DNA of 64,000 bases, taken from a virus. Its lineage: Duplodnaviria; Caudoviricetes. Position numbers and translations under genes: made by a program. The stretch covers positions 94,100 through 158,099 of IMG/VR virus record IMGVR_UViG_2706796257_000001. One strand, given 5' to 3'. The notes beneath the pieces are model-generated. The model had not been told where the DNA came from. It saw nothing but the letters and a program-made list of their open reading frames with translations, and searched no databases. Of the stretch, positions 42,123-52,950 are shown one piece after another; position 1 is the first letter of the stretch; every line of letters begins with the position of its first letter.

Positions 42123-43682
42123 ATGAAAAAGAATCAACTCGTAGAAAAATGGCAGCCGCTGCTGGAAAATGAAGAACTGCCGGAAATTGTCGGTGCTAGT
42201 AAAAAAGCTCTGATTGCTAAAATTCTTGAAAACCAGGAAGCAGATTTTAAAGTATCTCCGGAATACCGTGATGAGAAAATCGCTCAAGCTTTCGGTTCTT
42301 TCTTGACCGAAGCTGAAATTGGCGGAGACCACGGTTACGATGCTCAGAATATCGCTGCAGGTCAGACTTCTGGCGCAGTAACTCAGATTGGGCCGGCTGT
42401 TATGGGTATGGTCCGTCGTGCTATCCCTAACCTGATTGCTTTTGATATCTGTGGCGTTCAGCCAATGAACAGCCCTACCGGTCAGGTTTTCGCTCTTCGT
42501 GCTGTATACGGTTCTGACCCGCTTGCTGATAAAGCAAAAGAAGCTTTCCATCCGATGTATTCTCCGGACGCAATGCATTCTGGTCAAGGTGCCGCTGAGA
42601 AATTCGCTAAATTGACCGCTGGCGTTGCTATCGCTGAAGGCGATATCGTTGTTCATGATTTTGCTGAAACAGGTCGCGCTTATCTGCAGGCTGTAGTTGC
42701 TGTAACTCCAGATGCTGGCGCTACTGACCCGGCTGCTTTGGATAAAGCTGTAGTTGCTCTGATGGAAGCTGGTCAGCTGGCTGAAATCGCTGAAGGCATG
42801 GCTACCTCTATCGCTGAACTTCAGGAAGGATTTAACGGTTCCCAGAATAACTCTTGGAATGAAATGGGTTTCCGTATCGATAAACAAGTTATCGAAGCTA
42901 AATCTCGCCAACTGAAAGCTGCATATTCCATCGAATTGGCACAGGACCTCCGTGCTGTTCACGGTATGGATGCTGATGCTGAACTGAGTGGTATTTTGGC
43001 TACTGAAATCATGCTGGAAATTAACCGTGAAGTTGTAGATTGGATTAACTTCTCTGCACAGGTTGGTAAATCTGGTATGACCCAGACTGTTGGTTCTAAA
43101 GCTGGTGTATTTGACCTTCAGGACCCTATCGATATCCGCGGTGCTCGTTGGGCTGGTGAAAGCTTTAAAGCTCTTCTGTTCCAGATTGACAAAGAAGCTG
43201 CAGAAATTGCGCGTCAGACTGGCCGCGGTGCTGGTAACTTCATCATCGCTTCCCGCAACGTAGTTAACGTTCTGGCTGCTGTTGATACTTCCGTATCTCC
43301 TGCTGCTCAGGGTCTGGGTCGTGGTTTTGAAACTGATACCACTAAAGCAGTATTCGCTGGTGTTCTTGGCGGTAAATATCGCGTCTATATTGACCAGTAT
43401 GCTCGTCAGGACTACTTCACCATCGGTTATAAAGGCTCCAACGAAATGGATGCTGGTATTTACTACGCTCCTTACGTTGCTCTTACTCCGCTTCGTGGTT
43501 CCGATCCGAAGAACTTCCAGCCGGTCATGGGGTTCAAAACTCGTTATGGTATCGGTATTAACCCGTTCGCTGATTCTGCTGCACAGCAACCTAAAGGCCG
43601 TATCGTTTCCGGTATGCCTTCTCTGGTTAACTCTGTCGGTAAAAACGCTTACTTCCGTCGTGTTTACGTCAAAGGAATTTAA
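42123..43682 (+). CDS. 23: major capsid protein gp23
   Basis: LTEAEIGGDHGY cleavage site, CGVQPMNSPTG, FKTRYG. Confidence 0.99.
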   Translation: MKKNQLVEKWQPLLENEELPEIVGASKKALIAKILENQEADFKVSPEYRDEKIAQAFGSFLTEAEIGGDHGYDAQNIAAGQTSGAVTQIGPAVMGMVRRAIPNLIAFDICGVQPMNSPTGQVFALRAVYGSDPLADKAKEAFHPMYSPDAMHSGQGAAEKFAKLTAGVAIAEGDIVVHDFAETGRAYLQAVVAVTPDAGATDPAALDKAVVALMEAGQLAEIAEGMATSIAELQEGFNGSQNNSWNEMGFRIDKQVIEAKSRQLKAAYSIELAQDLRAVHGMDADAELSGILATEIMLEINREVVDWINFSAQVGKSGMTQTVGSKAGVFDLQDPIDIRGARWAGESFKALLFQIDKEAAEIARQTGRGAGNFIIASRNVVNVLAAVDTSVSPAAQGLGRGFETDTTKAVFAGVLGGKYRVYIDQYARQDYFTIGYKGSNEMDAGIYYAPYVALTPLRGSDPKNFQPVMGFKTRYGIGINPFADSAAQQPKGRIVSGMPSLVNSVGKNAYFRRVYVKGI

Positions 43683-43697
43683 GATTTAACCTTAATT

Positions 43698-43723
43698 AAG
43701 GGAACCTTCGGGTTCCCTTTTTT
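43698..43723 (+). terminator. UUCG terminator after gene 23
   Basis: AAGGGAACC-TTCG-GGTTCCCTT-TTTT. Confidence 0.9.
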
Positions 43724-43778
43724 CGTTTTTGATGTAAAACAATATTATAAATAAAATATATCACAAAAGGAAAGCGCA

Positions 43779-45062
43779 ATGGCAAAGATTAACGAATTAC
43801 TGCGCGAGTCAACTACAACTTCTAGCAGCTCTTTAGCTCGTCCTAATTTGGTTGCTTTGACCCGTGCTACCACTAAATTAATTTACAGCGATATTATCGC
43901 AGAACAACGTACCAATCAACCTGTAGCGGCTCTTTATGGAGTAAAATATCTAACTCCAGATAATGAGTTTAGTTTTCAAACTGGTGCTACTTATGGCGGA
44001 CAAATCAGTGAAAAAGACCGTGAAACTATTCCAGAATTAACTAGTAAAACTCAAACACTTGCAGTTGGTGATTATTTTAAATATCAAAATGTCGTGTATA
44101 AAGCTTTACAAGCTAATCCGTTGGCGTCTACAAGCGCAACAGATTTATCAGACGCACTGCAAGAAGGATTAATTTCTCTTACTTGCCGTTTAGTTCCAGA
44201 CGCTGCTAATACTGAAAAATTTGAAGATACTGATGTTGAAATTAGTAGTGCTGTATTTGAAGTAAATAAATGGAATGCTCCTGTTAAAACTCGTAAATTG
44301 AAAACCTCGTTGACTGTCGAACTTGCGCAGGATATGGAGTCAAACGGGTTCGATTCTCCGGCATTTTTAGAAGATTTATTGGCTACAGTTATGGCTGATG
44401 AAATTAATAAAGATGTTCTTCAGTCATTGATTACAGTGTCTAAGCGGTACAAAGTTACAGGTGTTTCTGATAATGGTATTGTAGACTTGAGTTATGCAAA
44501 TGCCCCGGAAGCTTCACGCAAACTGTATGAAATCGTGTGTGAAATGAATTCAGAAATTCAGAAAACAACTTCTTATTCGGGTACTTACGTAGTAGCTTCT
44601 TCTAGAGCAGCCGCATTGCTGGCAGGTTCAGGCTGGTTAAAACATCGTCCAGAAGATGATGAATGGTTGCCTTCTACCGCGTATGGATATCTGTTAAATG
44701 GGCTTCCTGTGTTCTGCGATGTAAACAGTCCTCTGGATTATGTGACGGTAGGCGTTAAAGAAAACTACGGTGGAAAAGAAGTCGTTGGTTCTATTTTTTA
44801 CGCTCCATACACAGAAGGATTAGACCTAGATGACCCGGACCATATCGGTGCATATAAGGTAATTGTTGACCCAGATAGTTTGCAACCATCAATTTCATTG
44901 ATGATACGTTATGCTTTGTCTGCTAACCCGTATACAGTAGCTAAAGATGAGAAAGAAGCTCGCATCATAGATGCTACTGACATGGATAAAATGGCTGGAC
45001 AAAGTGATATGTCATATTTGGTTGGGGTTAAACTGCCTAAAATAATTTATGAGGCGCCTTAA
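43779..45062 (+). CDS. 24: capsid vertex protein gp24
   Basis: MAKINELLRESTT..RPNL. Confidence 0.96.
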   Translation: MAKINELLRESTTTSSSSLARPNLVALTRATTKLIYSDIIAEQRTNQPVAALYGVKYLTPDNEFSFQTGATYGGQISEKDRETIPELTSKTQTLAVGDYFKYQNVVYKALQANPLASTSATDLSDALQEGLISLTCRLVPDAANTEKFEDTDVEISSAVFEVNKWNAPVKTRKLKTSLTVELAQDMESNGFDSPAFLEDLLATVMADEINKDVLQSLITVSKRYKVTGVSDNGIVDLSYANAPEASRKLYEIVCEMNSEIQKTTSYSGTYVVASSRAAALLAGSGWLKHRPEDDEWLPSTAYGYLLNGLPVFCDVNSPLDYVTVGVKENYGGKEVVGSIFYAPYTEGLDLDDPDHIGAYKVIVDPDSLQPSISLMIRYALSANPYTVAKDEKEARIIDATDMDKMAGQSDMSYLVGVKLPKIIYEAP

Positions 45063-46342
45063 TGCAAAAAATAGATAATTTAATTAGAGAATCTACTGTC
45101 TCATCGGCCAACTCGCTTGGCCGTCCTAATTTATTGTCATATACAAAAGCTACAAATAAGCGTATTTTCAAATCTCTCGTTGCTGAACAGAAAACTAATC
45201 AGCCAATTGCTGCGTTATATGGAATACGTGTTCTTAATCCAGTTGATAAAATGACATATTTAGGCGGCGCTACTTATGCTGGTCAAATTGGTTTGTCTGA
45301 ACGTGAATCATTACCTTTAGCTTCTACTCCATCCCAATCTTTTAATAAAGGTGAGATGTTTTTATTTGAAGATGTTGTTTTTAAAGCGTTAGAAGATAAT
45401 CCATTCGCTGGAACAGCTGAGACTGATATGAGAGAAGTTATTTCAGAAGCTATCGCTGCTGGACATATCAGAATGGTATCTGACGCCGCTAACACAAACA
45501 AGTTTGAAAACGGTCACCCAGAAATTGCCGAAGCTGGATTTCGTATTGATAAATGGCAAACTGAAGTTAAATCCCGTAAATTGAAAACCTCAATAACTGT
45601 TGAGTTAGCGCAGGATTTAGAGTCCAATGGTTTTGACGCTCCAAATTTTATCGAAGATGTTTTAGCAGTACAAATGGCGGAAGAAATTAATAAAGATGTT
45701 CTTCAGTCATTGATTACAGTGTCCAGCCGGTTTAAAGTACAAGGTATATCGGAAAAAGGTGTTTTAAATTTAACCGATCCTAAATACGATAATGCTCAAG
45801 ACCGCGCACGTACTCTTTATTATTATATGTGCGAAATGAATTCCGCAGTTCAGAGACAAACATCATTTTCTGGTACATACGCAGTAGCTTCATCTCGATG
45901 TGCCGCGATTTTAGCTGCATCCGGTTGGGTTGAAAAATCAGAAGACCAAGACGAGTTAGCATATGGTGTATTAAAAAATGGTCTGCCACTCTATGCTGAT
46001 GTAAACAGCCCATGTGATTACGTTATTGTCGGTGTAAATGCTGATTTAGGTGAAGGACAGACGGTTGCATCACTGTATTATGCTCCGTATGTTGAGGGGC
46101 TAGATGATGTTGATGAAGAAGGTGATACTTCTGTTGGTGAGTTCAAAGTAATTGTTGACCCAGATAGTTTACAGCCTACTATTGCTCTTTTAGCTCGGTA
46201 TGCATTAACTGCTAATCCATACACAGTAGCTAAAGATGAGAAAGAGGCACGAGTTATTGATGGTGCTGACATGGATAAAATGGCTAATCAAAGCCAATTA
46301 AGTTCTTATCTTGGCGTTAAGTTACCACCGCTCGAGAAATAA
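45062..46342 (+). CDS. second capsid vertex protein (gp24 paralogue)
   Basis: Full-length similarity to 43779-45062 (RKLKTS.TVELAQD, EINKDVLQSLITVS, ANPYTVAKDEKEAR). Confidence 0.93.
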   Translation: MQKIDNLIRESTVSSANSLGRPNLLSYTKATNKRIFKSLVAEQKTNQPIAALYGIRVLNPVDKMTYLGGATYAGQIGLSERESLPLASTPSQSFNKGEMFLFEDVVFKALEDNPFAGTAETDMREVISEAIAAGHIRMVSDAANTNKFENGHPEIAEAGFRIDKWQTEVKSRKLKTSITVELAQDLESNGFDAPNFIEDVLAVQMAEEINKDVLQSLITVSSRFKVQGISEKGVLNLTDPKYDNAQDRARTLYYYMCEMNSAVQRQTSFSGTYAVASSRCAAILAASGWVEKSEDQDELAYGVLKNGLPLYADVNSPCDYVIVGVNADLGEGQTVASLYYAPYVEGLDDVDEEGDTSVGEFKVIVDPDSLQPTIALLARYALTANPYTVAKDEKEARVIDGADMDKMANQSQLSSYLGVKLPPLEK

Positions 46343-46343
46343 G

Positions 46344-46364
46344 AAAAAGGGCCTTCGGGCCCTT
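46344..46364. terminator. bidirectional terminator
   Basis: AAAAAGGGCC-TTCG-GGCCCTT between convergent genes. Confidence 0.85.
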
Positions 46365-46926
46365 ATAAACTAAATATATCAAACTTCGGAGCATACTGTT
46401 CTTGTAGCTCTTCGAAAACTTTCTTATCATTCAAATTTGTACAAGGTATTCCGTGTTGTCTTGCAATACGAGTAGCTATACGAGTTCCACCTTGTTCTTC
46501 CCCATTTCTTACTGGACACCAATAATAAACGTGGTCAACCGGTGACATACAATCTTCTCCCAAAACTTGCATCGCATTTCGACAGAACAATGTCTTTATA
46601 ATATCTCGTTCAGAATCCAGCCCTGGATAAGCTTGCTTAGCTTTGACGTAACTCTTTATACGAGATTCATTACTTAAATCAGACCAGCAAACCACGCCAA
46701 TACCGGTGTGGCAATGATTAAACCCATCATAAGGAATAATCCTAAGCGAAAGATGTCTATCATATCTGCTCAACCAAGCTTCGTCTGAGCCTGGAGCTCC
46801 GCCAGAATAAGAGAAATGACCAGCCTTCGAAAAGGCCAATCCCATTAAACTCATTAAGTCAAGATACTTTCTTGGCGCCTCTCTTGACCCGATTAATGCT
46901 AATCTTAACTTACGATTTCTAACCAT
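46363..46926 (-). CDS. SLOG-superfamily (DprA/Smf-like Rossmann) protein
   Basis: [29 protein letters not shown] motifs. Confidence 0.75.
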   Translation of the reverse strand: MVRNRKLRLALIGSREAPRKYLDLMSLMGLAFSKAGHFSYSGGAPGSDEAWLSRYDRHLSLRIIPYDGFNHCHTGIGVVCWSDLSNESRIKSYVKAKQAYPGLDSERDIIKTLFCRNAMQVLGEDCMSPVDHVYYWCPVRNGEEQGGTRIATRIARQHGIPCTNLNDKKVFEELQEQYAPKFDIFSL

Positions 46927-47912
46927 TTTTCTCTGATAGTAGTACTCACAACAGTCTGAAGTTCTCGTTTTACGAGGTCCGGATTATCAGCATGAACAAT
47001 CTCAACACCTTCTCGTTTAGCTTCAATAAAGATATCCTGCATTGTCAGACCCATAACCTTACCGAAGTCTTTAGCTTTAACTTCGCCAATATGACTAATC
47101 ACGTTAGATACACGGTTCCACGTAGAGTATTCACAGAGGTTCGCCAGAACGGTCGAGTCGTTACTAGTTAATACAGCTTTAGGTTTAATTGGCTTATCAG
47201 ATTTTTTCTTCTCAGTGAATCTGGAGTTCTTAGATTTAATTGCAATGCGGATGCCATTATTAAAGAAATCAGGATAAACTGGCTTTAGCACGTAACCTTC
47301 AGCAACATTATCATCTGTCACTAATGGGTCAAATACACACAAATTGACTTCTTTCAAATCATCTTTTGCTGCTTCGTTATAAGCTTTGATTACAGACGTA
47401 AAATTATTTGGCAATTGAATAAGTTCATCAAAAGAACCACATCCAATAAATGGAGCCATTTTAAATCCGAATTCGTTACAGAACGAAGTCATCATCATAT
47501 CGTCCATATAAAGAACATTACCGTTTTGAGTATTTACTAGAATGTCAAATACATAAAAGTCTTTTTCACCATAATCAACTTCTTTCTGAATTCCTTGACC
47601 CGCGAACTCACCAAAAATTTGATAAGAACTTACTGAACCAAGTTCATTCGCATTCATGCATCGTTGAATAGTTTTAATAGACTCGTCATAATTCTTCAAT
47701 ATAATTTCGTGGCCATAGAATGATTCACTGGGAAGAATAGGACCACTGCGCTTGCACGCAGAAACTAAGTCTTTGGATACGATGATTGAGAAATTAGTGC
47801 CATGAATTTTTTCACGAGCTACCCACAGACCACCATCTTTACCTTCAAACCGAATTTTAGAAATAAATTTATTGTTGTAGTGGTTTTCAAGTGAGGAGTA
47901 TTTTTTAAACAT
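46905..47912 (-). CDS. rnlB: RNA ligase 2
   Basis: REKIHGTN motif [23 protein letters not shown]. Confidence 0.97.
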   Translation of the reverse strand: MFKKYSSLENHYNNKFISKIRFEGKDGGLWVAREKIHGTNFSIIVSKDLVSACKRSGPILPSESFYGHEIILKNYDESIKTIQRCMNANELGSVSSYQIFGEFAGQGIQKEVDYGEKDFYVFDILVNTQNGNVLYMDDMMMTSFCNEFGFKMAPFIGCGSFDELIQLPNNFTSVIKAYNEAAKDDLKEVNLCVFDPLVTDDNVAEGYVLKPVYPDFFNNGIRIAIKSKNSRFTEKKKSDKPIKPKAVLTSNDSTVLANLCEYSTWNRVSNVISHIGEVKAKDFGKVMGLTMQDIFIEAKREGVEIVHADNPDLVKRELQTVVSTTIREKWLEIVS

Positions 47913-47998
47913 TTTTCACCATTATAAATAGATTAAATAGAGAACTTCTATTCTTTTCCGGCGGAGTGTAATGATTACTAGATATTATCCTTGAAACC

Positions 47999-48027
47999 AT
48001 TATACACCATAAATTCTTAAAGCATTT
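47999..48027 (-). promoter_or_regulatory. middle (MotA) promoter of rnlB
   Basis: AAATGCTTTA - 13 nt - TATAAT. Confidence 0.8.
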
Positions 48028-48029
48028 AA

Positions 48030-48284
48030 CTACCAGGAAATACGAATAACATGAATCCAGCTTCTGGCATGCTGACGTGGTTCTGATTTAACGATAAAAC
48101 CTTCATCTTCCAACCATGATATGATTCGATCTTTGAGTTCAGTTTCTTTTGGGTGGAAAACTAGTTGTGTCTTTCCATTTTTAGCAGCGTTATTAATTGC
48201 TTCTTCAATTAGCTCTTTTTGTTTCAAAAATCCTTCGTTGTTACAAGAATCTGCTAAATTACGATATTTTTCTGATAATAACAT
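48030..48284 (-). CDS. gp24.2-like protein
   Basis: AAKNGKT..WLEDEGF motif, synteny. Confidence 0.7.
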   Translation of the reverse strand: MLLSEKYRNLADSCNNEGFLKQKELIEEAINNAAKNGKTQLVFHPKETELKDRIISWLEDEGFIVKSEPRQHARSWIHVIRISW

Positions 48285-48641
48285 TTAGACCTCGCTTGGA
48301 ATAATACGAATATCGATGAAACTAAAATCTTTCGATTGACGTAGTTCAATCTGATTTTTATCACCAACTTCAATAATCACTATTTCGTTTAATTCGATTT
48401 CAGCGATATTAAAAGCAAATCGGTTTTTAATTATGTTATAAAGTATCACAAGATAATGTTCGTTGTAAAACGAACTACTATCGCCAAAAGAATATGATAA
48501 TTTTTTCATAAAATCTTTAATTGAACACCATTTATTCACACCAAGCGATGCTGGAGCAAACAAATTTTCATACAGCATATAATCAATAATGTCAGTAACA
48601 ACTAGCTCCGAGTCTATCAGCACTTGAGTTAAGTTTTTCAT
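48285..48641 (-). CDS. hypothetical protein
   Basis: 118-aa ORF coupled to neighbours. Confidence 0.65.
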   Translation of the reverse strand: MKNLTQVLIDSELVVTDIIDYMLYENLFAPASLGVNKWCSIKDFMKKLSYSFGDSSSFYNEHYLVILYNIIKNRFAFNIAEIELNEIVIIEVGDKNQIELRQSKDFSFIDIRIIPSEV

Positions 48642-48874
48642 ACTATTCCTCTCATTTTATTAACAAGTTTCTTACGACGAATATTAACATCAATATTTGA
48701 TAAGTGTTTACGATAAACAATCTTCTCTTTGTTTTTCGCTTTATCTCTTGCGGCCTCAACTTTAGTAAACATTAAAGCCGCGTCAAAAGCACTTATTCCA
48801 CCTATAATTTTAGCAATATCTTTAAATGACTTACCATTTTCATGCATCATGTGCACTTCAATTTCTGTTTTCAT
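48638..48874 (-). CDS. 24.3: gp24.3-like HTH protein
   Basis: HENGKSFKDIAK..EKIVYRK. Confidence 0.75.
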   Translation of the reverse strand: MKTEIEVHMMHENGKSFKDIAKIIGGISAFDAALMFTKVEAARDKAKNKEKIVYRKHLSNIDVNIRRKKLVNKMRGIV

Positions 48875-48901
48875 AATCATCTCTTCGTTGGAATTGAATT
48901 C

Positions 48902-48947
48902 ATTGTAATCATACTTTAGAAAAGCAAAAAGGGCCGCAAGGGCCCTT
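48902..48947 (-). terminator. hoc terminator fused to a middle promoter
   Basis: AAGGGCCCTTGCGGCCCTTTTT then TTTGCTTTT..TACAAT. Confidence 0.75.
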
Positions 48948-48951
48948 CATG

Positions 48952-50046
48952 TTATGGATAAATAATACCAGCTTCTAAAGCAGAACGATGCACAATATAT
49001 CCATTTCTAGATTCTTGAACATCAACTTCTGGATAATCATTAAGCATTTTTGCTAATACCGCAAGATGACAATAATATGGTGTATCAGCTTCGGTAGCTG
49101 TTTTCCAATCTTTACCTTCTTCAGTGAGCTTCTGGATGTCATCCATAACCCACCAGCCAACCCAAATATAAGCTGAATGACGCTGTGGAAGAGGATGAAC
49201 ATAAATCAGTGGGCATTCTTCCGGAACAACAGGTTCTGCTGCTTCAACGGTAACAGACACATTACCGGTTTTAACTGAATCTGTAAATCCAGATTGTGAC
49301 ACAGTAACTTCACAAGCATATGTCTTCAAGCCTTCAGTAGATTCAGATACTGCTATTGTGGCTTCTGTCGAGTTGTCATCCCATTTATACGCAAGAGTAG
49401 CACCAGGAATAGCAGGGGTTATAGAAGCTGTCAAATTGAATGGAACATCAACTGTTGCAGTAGACGGGCCCGAAATATCAACAGTGAACTCTGGGAATGT
49501 ATTATTTTCAACAGTAACAACTACCGCGTCCGGCGTTATAGTTTGATTGTTATAATCCGTTGCAGAAACAGTAATTTGACAAGTTAAAGAAATCGGTCCA
49601 GCTACAGTAGCAGTACGGGTGATATCTTTAGTAGTTTCACCAGTAGACCACAAATATGTGAATGTAGCACCACTTGGGGCACCTTCAACATTTGCAGAGG
49701 CTTTATATTCCTGTCCAACTTTAACTGTTGGAGTAGAAGTTGTTAATGTGCCGGTTGCAGTCATAGTTTTATTATTGACTGTGATAGTAGTTTGAGCTTC
49801 TGCTGTTTCAGGTTCTCCTTCTGTCGGGGTTGTGGTCGCCACAACCTTAACTACTTTCGAACCCGCCGGACTAGCCGCGATGTAATCCATAGTAGCAATA
49901 ACAGAACTCTGTGGAACCCCATCAACGGTCCATACAAATGATTCTGTGCCCTCAACTGTAGCACCCGCAGCGGTAGCAGTAAATTTAGTCGTTGCTCCTA
50001 TGACAGCTGCAGGCGTTAAAGGGGCAATTGTTACGGTAAATGCCAT
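48952..50046 (-). CDS. hoc: Hoc head outer capsid protein (three Ig-like domains)
   Basis: Thr-rich Ig repeats plus YIWVGWWV..ESRNG capsid-binding motif. Confidence 0.95.
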   Translation of the reverse strand: MAFTVTIAPLTPAAVIGATTKFTATAAGATVEGTESFVWTVDGVPQSSVIATMDYIAASPAGSKVVKVVATTTPTEGEPETAEAQTTITVNNKTMTATGTLTTSTPTVKVGQEYKASANVEGAPSGATFTYLWSTGETTKDITRTATVAGPISLTCQITVSATDYNNQTITPDAVVVTVENNTFPEFTVDISGPSTATVDVPFNLTASITPAIPGATLAYKWDDNSTEATIAVSESTEGLKTYACEVTVSQSGFTDSVKTGNVSVTVEAAEPVVPEECPLIYVHPLPQRHSAYIWVGWWVMDDIQKLTEEGKDWKTATEADTPYYCHLAVLAKMLNDYPEVDVQESRNGYIVHRSALEAGIIYP

Positions 50047-50081
50047 ATTTCCTCCAAGGGGCTTTCACCCCTTTGTTATTT

Positions 50082-50756
50082 TTAATATAAACGTATAAAA
50101 GATGAGTTGCGAGTTTCGCGAACAAGAATAAATCCGTCACGATTTATATAATAAATCAAACTTAAAAGTGTTTGATGCGCCGTAGCATGTGGAAAAGACA
50201 ATGGTCTTTCTTTCCAGTCAGGATTTTCAGAAATCCATTGGTAAATCCACCAAGGTAAAGTATAATAACCTGGATTTTTACCCATCAGTTGAAAATGTGG
50301 ATTAAACGATTCAGGAAGAGAAAAGCTTTTATTTTCAACAACCGCAGTATCATCAATAATCTTCATGATTTCGTCAGTGGAGACAGTGTCTGGAATACGA
50401 ACAGCATCTTCTGGAATTTCTTCATTTTTTGATACTTCGACCACAGTAATAGTTGCTTCAACCGGAGAATCAATAATAAGCTCTTTAGCTTCTACTGTAT
50501 CTTCAGGTTGAACCAAATCTTCTTGTTCTTCTTTATCACCGTCAATCAAGTCGGAAATTGAAATTCCTTCATTTTCATCAGGCAGCGGTTCATCTGCCAA
50601 ATTCTCGTATTCAGTTTGAAGGCCAATAAGCATATTTTCAAATGACTTAGTTTTCTTCAGTTTAATACCGAATTGCATTGCATACTCGTCGAGCTTATCT
50701 TTAGCTTCTTTCTTTTCAAGTACACGGATTTCTTCTATATAATTCATGTCTAGCAT
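50082..50756 (-). CDS. inh: inhibitor of prohead protease
   Basis: KEAKDKLDEYA..LPWWIYQWI..RETRNSSF. Confidence 0.93.
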   Translation of the reverse strand: MLDMNYIEEIRVLEKKEAKDKLDEYAMQFGIKLKKTKSFENMLIGLQTEYENLADEPLPDENEGISISDLIDGDKEEQEDLVQPEDTVEAKELIIDSPVEATITVVEVSKNEEIPEDAVRIPDTVSTDEIMKIIDDTAVVENKSFSLPESFNPHFQLMGKNPGYYTLPWWIYQWISENPDWKERPLSFPHATAHQTLLSLIYYINRDGFILVRETRNSSFIRLY

Positions 50757-50773
50757 AGTCTTGCCTCTCGTTG

Positions 50774-50795
50774 TATAAATATACTTGTATTTATA
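50774..50795. promoter_or_regulatory. divergent late promoters (segE/uvsW and inh)
   Basis: TATAAATA on + (50774) and on - (50788-50795). Confidence 0.8.
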
Positions 50796-50805
50796 ACACG
50801 GAGAT

Positions 50806-51441
50806 GTGAAGTTGGAAAATTGCAAGTATCATTATGTTTATGAAATAACCAATAATATTAATGGTAAAAAGTATATAGGAAAACACTCAACCAACAATTT
50901 AGATGATGGATACGTGGGTTCGGGTGTTTTTATAAAAAAGGCCATCAATAAGTATGGATTAGAAAATTTCACTAAAATAATTATAAAGAAATTTGATACA
51001 TCCAAAGAAGCTTTTGAGTTTGAAGCCGAGATGGTAACAGAAGATGTTGTTAAAAACCGAATGTATTACAATGCGAAACCGGGTGGTTATGGCGGAATTT
51101 ATATGACAGAAGAGATTAAAAAGAAGATGAAAGAGTCATCTAGAAAAAGATATCTCAATTCGCCTGGCACAACATTGGGAACTACGTGTTATACAAATGG
51201 AAAGAAAAATAGATTTTTAAAACTTGGCGATAAAATACCAGATGGATTTTATATTGGTCAAGTTATTCCAAATAAAAAATGCCGAAAGGGGTGCGCCGTT
51301 AAACCAACTACAACTGGAACATTTTGGGTTAATAACGGAACAATAAATAAACTTATGCAACCGTCATCTGAAATCCCAGTTGGCTTTGTTAAAGGTCGCT
51401 TGATGAAGCGTGGTATTAATGGTGAATTCATAAAGGGTTAA
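50806..51441 (+). mobile_element. segE: GIY-YIG homing endonuclease SegE
   Basis: YVYEITNNINGKKYIGKH, YYNAKPGG, two (Y/W)xNG..IPxGFxxG repeats; between inh and uvsW as in T4. Confidence 0.9.
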
Positions 51442-51443
51442 TT

Positions 51444-52943
51444 GTGGATATAAAAGTTCATTTTAAAGACTTTAGTCATGTTTATATAGAATGTGAAGAA
51501 TCCATTCTATTCGAACTAAAAGACTATTTTTCATTTTTTGCTGATGGGTATAAATTTAACCCAAAGTTTCGTTATGGAAACTGGTCAGGTAAAATTTATT
51601 TATTAGACCATAACCGTCTTTTACCTTTCGGTTTAGTTGGTCAAATTAAAAAGTTTTGTGATAACTTCGGTTACAAATTTTGGATTGACCCGAAGATTTT
51701 TGAAAAAGAAGATTTGTCACGTGAAGACTTTGAAGCGTGGTTAGGGAAGCTCCAGATATACTCTGGGAACACTAAAATTGAACCACATTGGTATCAAAAG
51801 GATGCTGTATACGAAGGGATAGTGAACCGCAGGCGTATTCTAAATTTACCCACTTCTGCCGGTAAATCTCTAATTCAGTGTCTTCTTTCTCGCTATTATG
51901 TTGAGAACTATGAAGGAAAAATTTTAATCATCGTCCCAACAACTGCGTTAGTAGACCAGATGATTAATGATTTTTGCGATTACCGTTTATTTGGTAAACA
52001 ACATATGCTTGGTATTCGATCAGGCACAAAGCGTGATTCGGATGCTATGATTTACGTGGCAACTTGGCAGACTGCAATAAAGCAACCAAAAGAGTGGTTT
52101 TCTCAATTTGGTTTGATGATGAACGATGAATGCCACTTAGCTACTGGTAAATCAATTTCAACTATTGTTTCTGGACTGAATAATTGCATGTTCAAATTCG
52201 GTCTTTCGGGTTCTCTGAAAGATGGCAAAGCTAATATCATGCAGTATGTTGGAATGTTCGGTGAAATTTTTAAACCAGTTTCAACATCCAAATTAATGGA
52301 AGACGGTCAAGTAACAGAACTTAAAATTAATTCTATCTTCTTGCGTTACCCGGATGAAGCCACGGTTAAGATGAAAGGTAAAACATATCAAGAAGAAGTT
52401 AAAGCTGTCACTGGATTTAAAAGAAGAAATAAATGGGTTGCTGCTCTCGCCAAACGATTGGCTGATAAAGGCGAAAATGCTTTTGTTATGTTTAAATTTA
52501 CTGCGCATGGTAAAGAGCTTTATCAGATGATTAAAGACCTTGGACATGAAAAAGTTTATTATGTTTCAGGCGAAGTGTCAACAGAAACTCGTAATGCTCT
52601 CAAAGAAATGGCAGAAAACGGTAAAGGAATTATTATTGTAGCTTCTTACGGAGTATTCTCTACCGGTATTTCTGTTAAGAATCTTCATCACATTATTTTT
52701 GCTCATGGTGTAAAATCTAAAATTACTGTATTGCAATCAATTGGTCGAGTTCTACGTAAACATGCGTCAAAAAGCTTAGCTACAGTTTGGGATTTAATTG
52801 ATGATTTAGGTGTTAAACCAAAGTCAGCTAACACAAAGAAAAAATATGTTCATATTAATTATTTGTTAAAGCATGGTTTAGAGCGTATTCAACGATATGC
52901 TGATGAAAAATTCAATTACACCATGAAAACTATCGATCTTTGA
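51444..52943 (+). CDS. uvsW: UvsW SF2 helicase
   Basis: PTSAGKS, DECH, QSIGRVLR. Confidence 0.97.
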   Translation: MDIKVHFKDFSHVYIECEESILFELKDYFSFFADGYKFNPKFRYGNWSGKIYLLDHNRLLPFGLVGQIKKFCDNFGYKFWIDPKIFEKEDLSREDFEAWLGKLQIYSGNTKIEPHWYQKDAVYEGIVNRRRILNLPTSAGKSLIQCLLSRYYVENYEGKILIIVPTTALVDQMINDFCDYRLFGKQHMLGIRSGTKRDSDAMIYVATWQTAIKQPKEWFSQFGLMMNDECHLATGKSISTIVSGLNNCMFKFGLSGSLKDGKANIMQYVGMFGEIFKPVSTSKLMEDGQVTELKINSIFLRYPDEATVKMKGKTYQEEVKAVTGFKRRNKWVAALAKRLADKGENAFVMFKFTAHGKELYQMIKDLGHEKVYYVSGEVSTETRNALKEMAENGKGIIIVASYGVFSTGISVKNLHHIIFAHGVKSKITVLQSIGRVLRKHASKSLATVWDLIDDLGVKPKSANTKKKYVHINYLLKHGLERIQRYADEKFNYTMKTIDL

Positions 52944-52950
52944 GGAAACT

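Noticed and set aside
42075-43589. 504-aa antisense ORF opposite gene 23
   Set aside because: Codon-register shadow of a highly expressed gene whose codon bias avoids TTA/CTA/TCA; Ser/Phe/Thr-rich, no recognisable motifs
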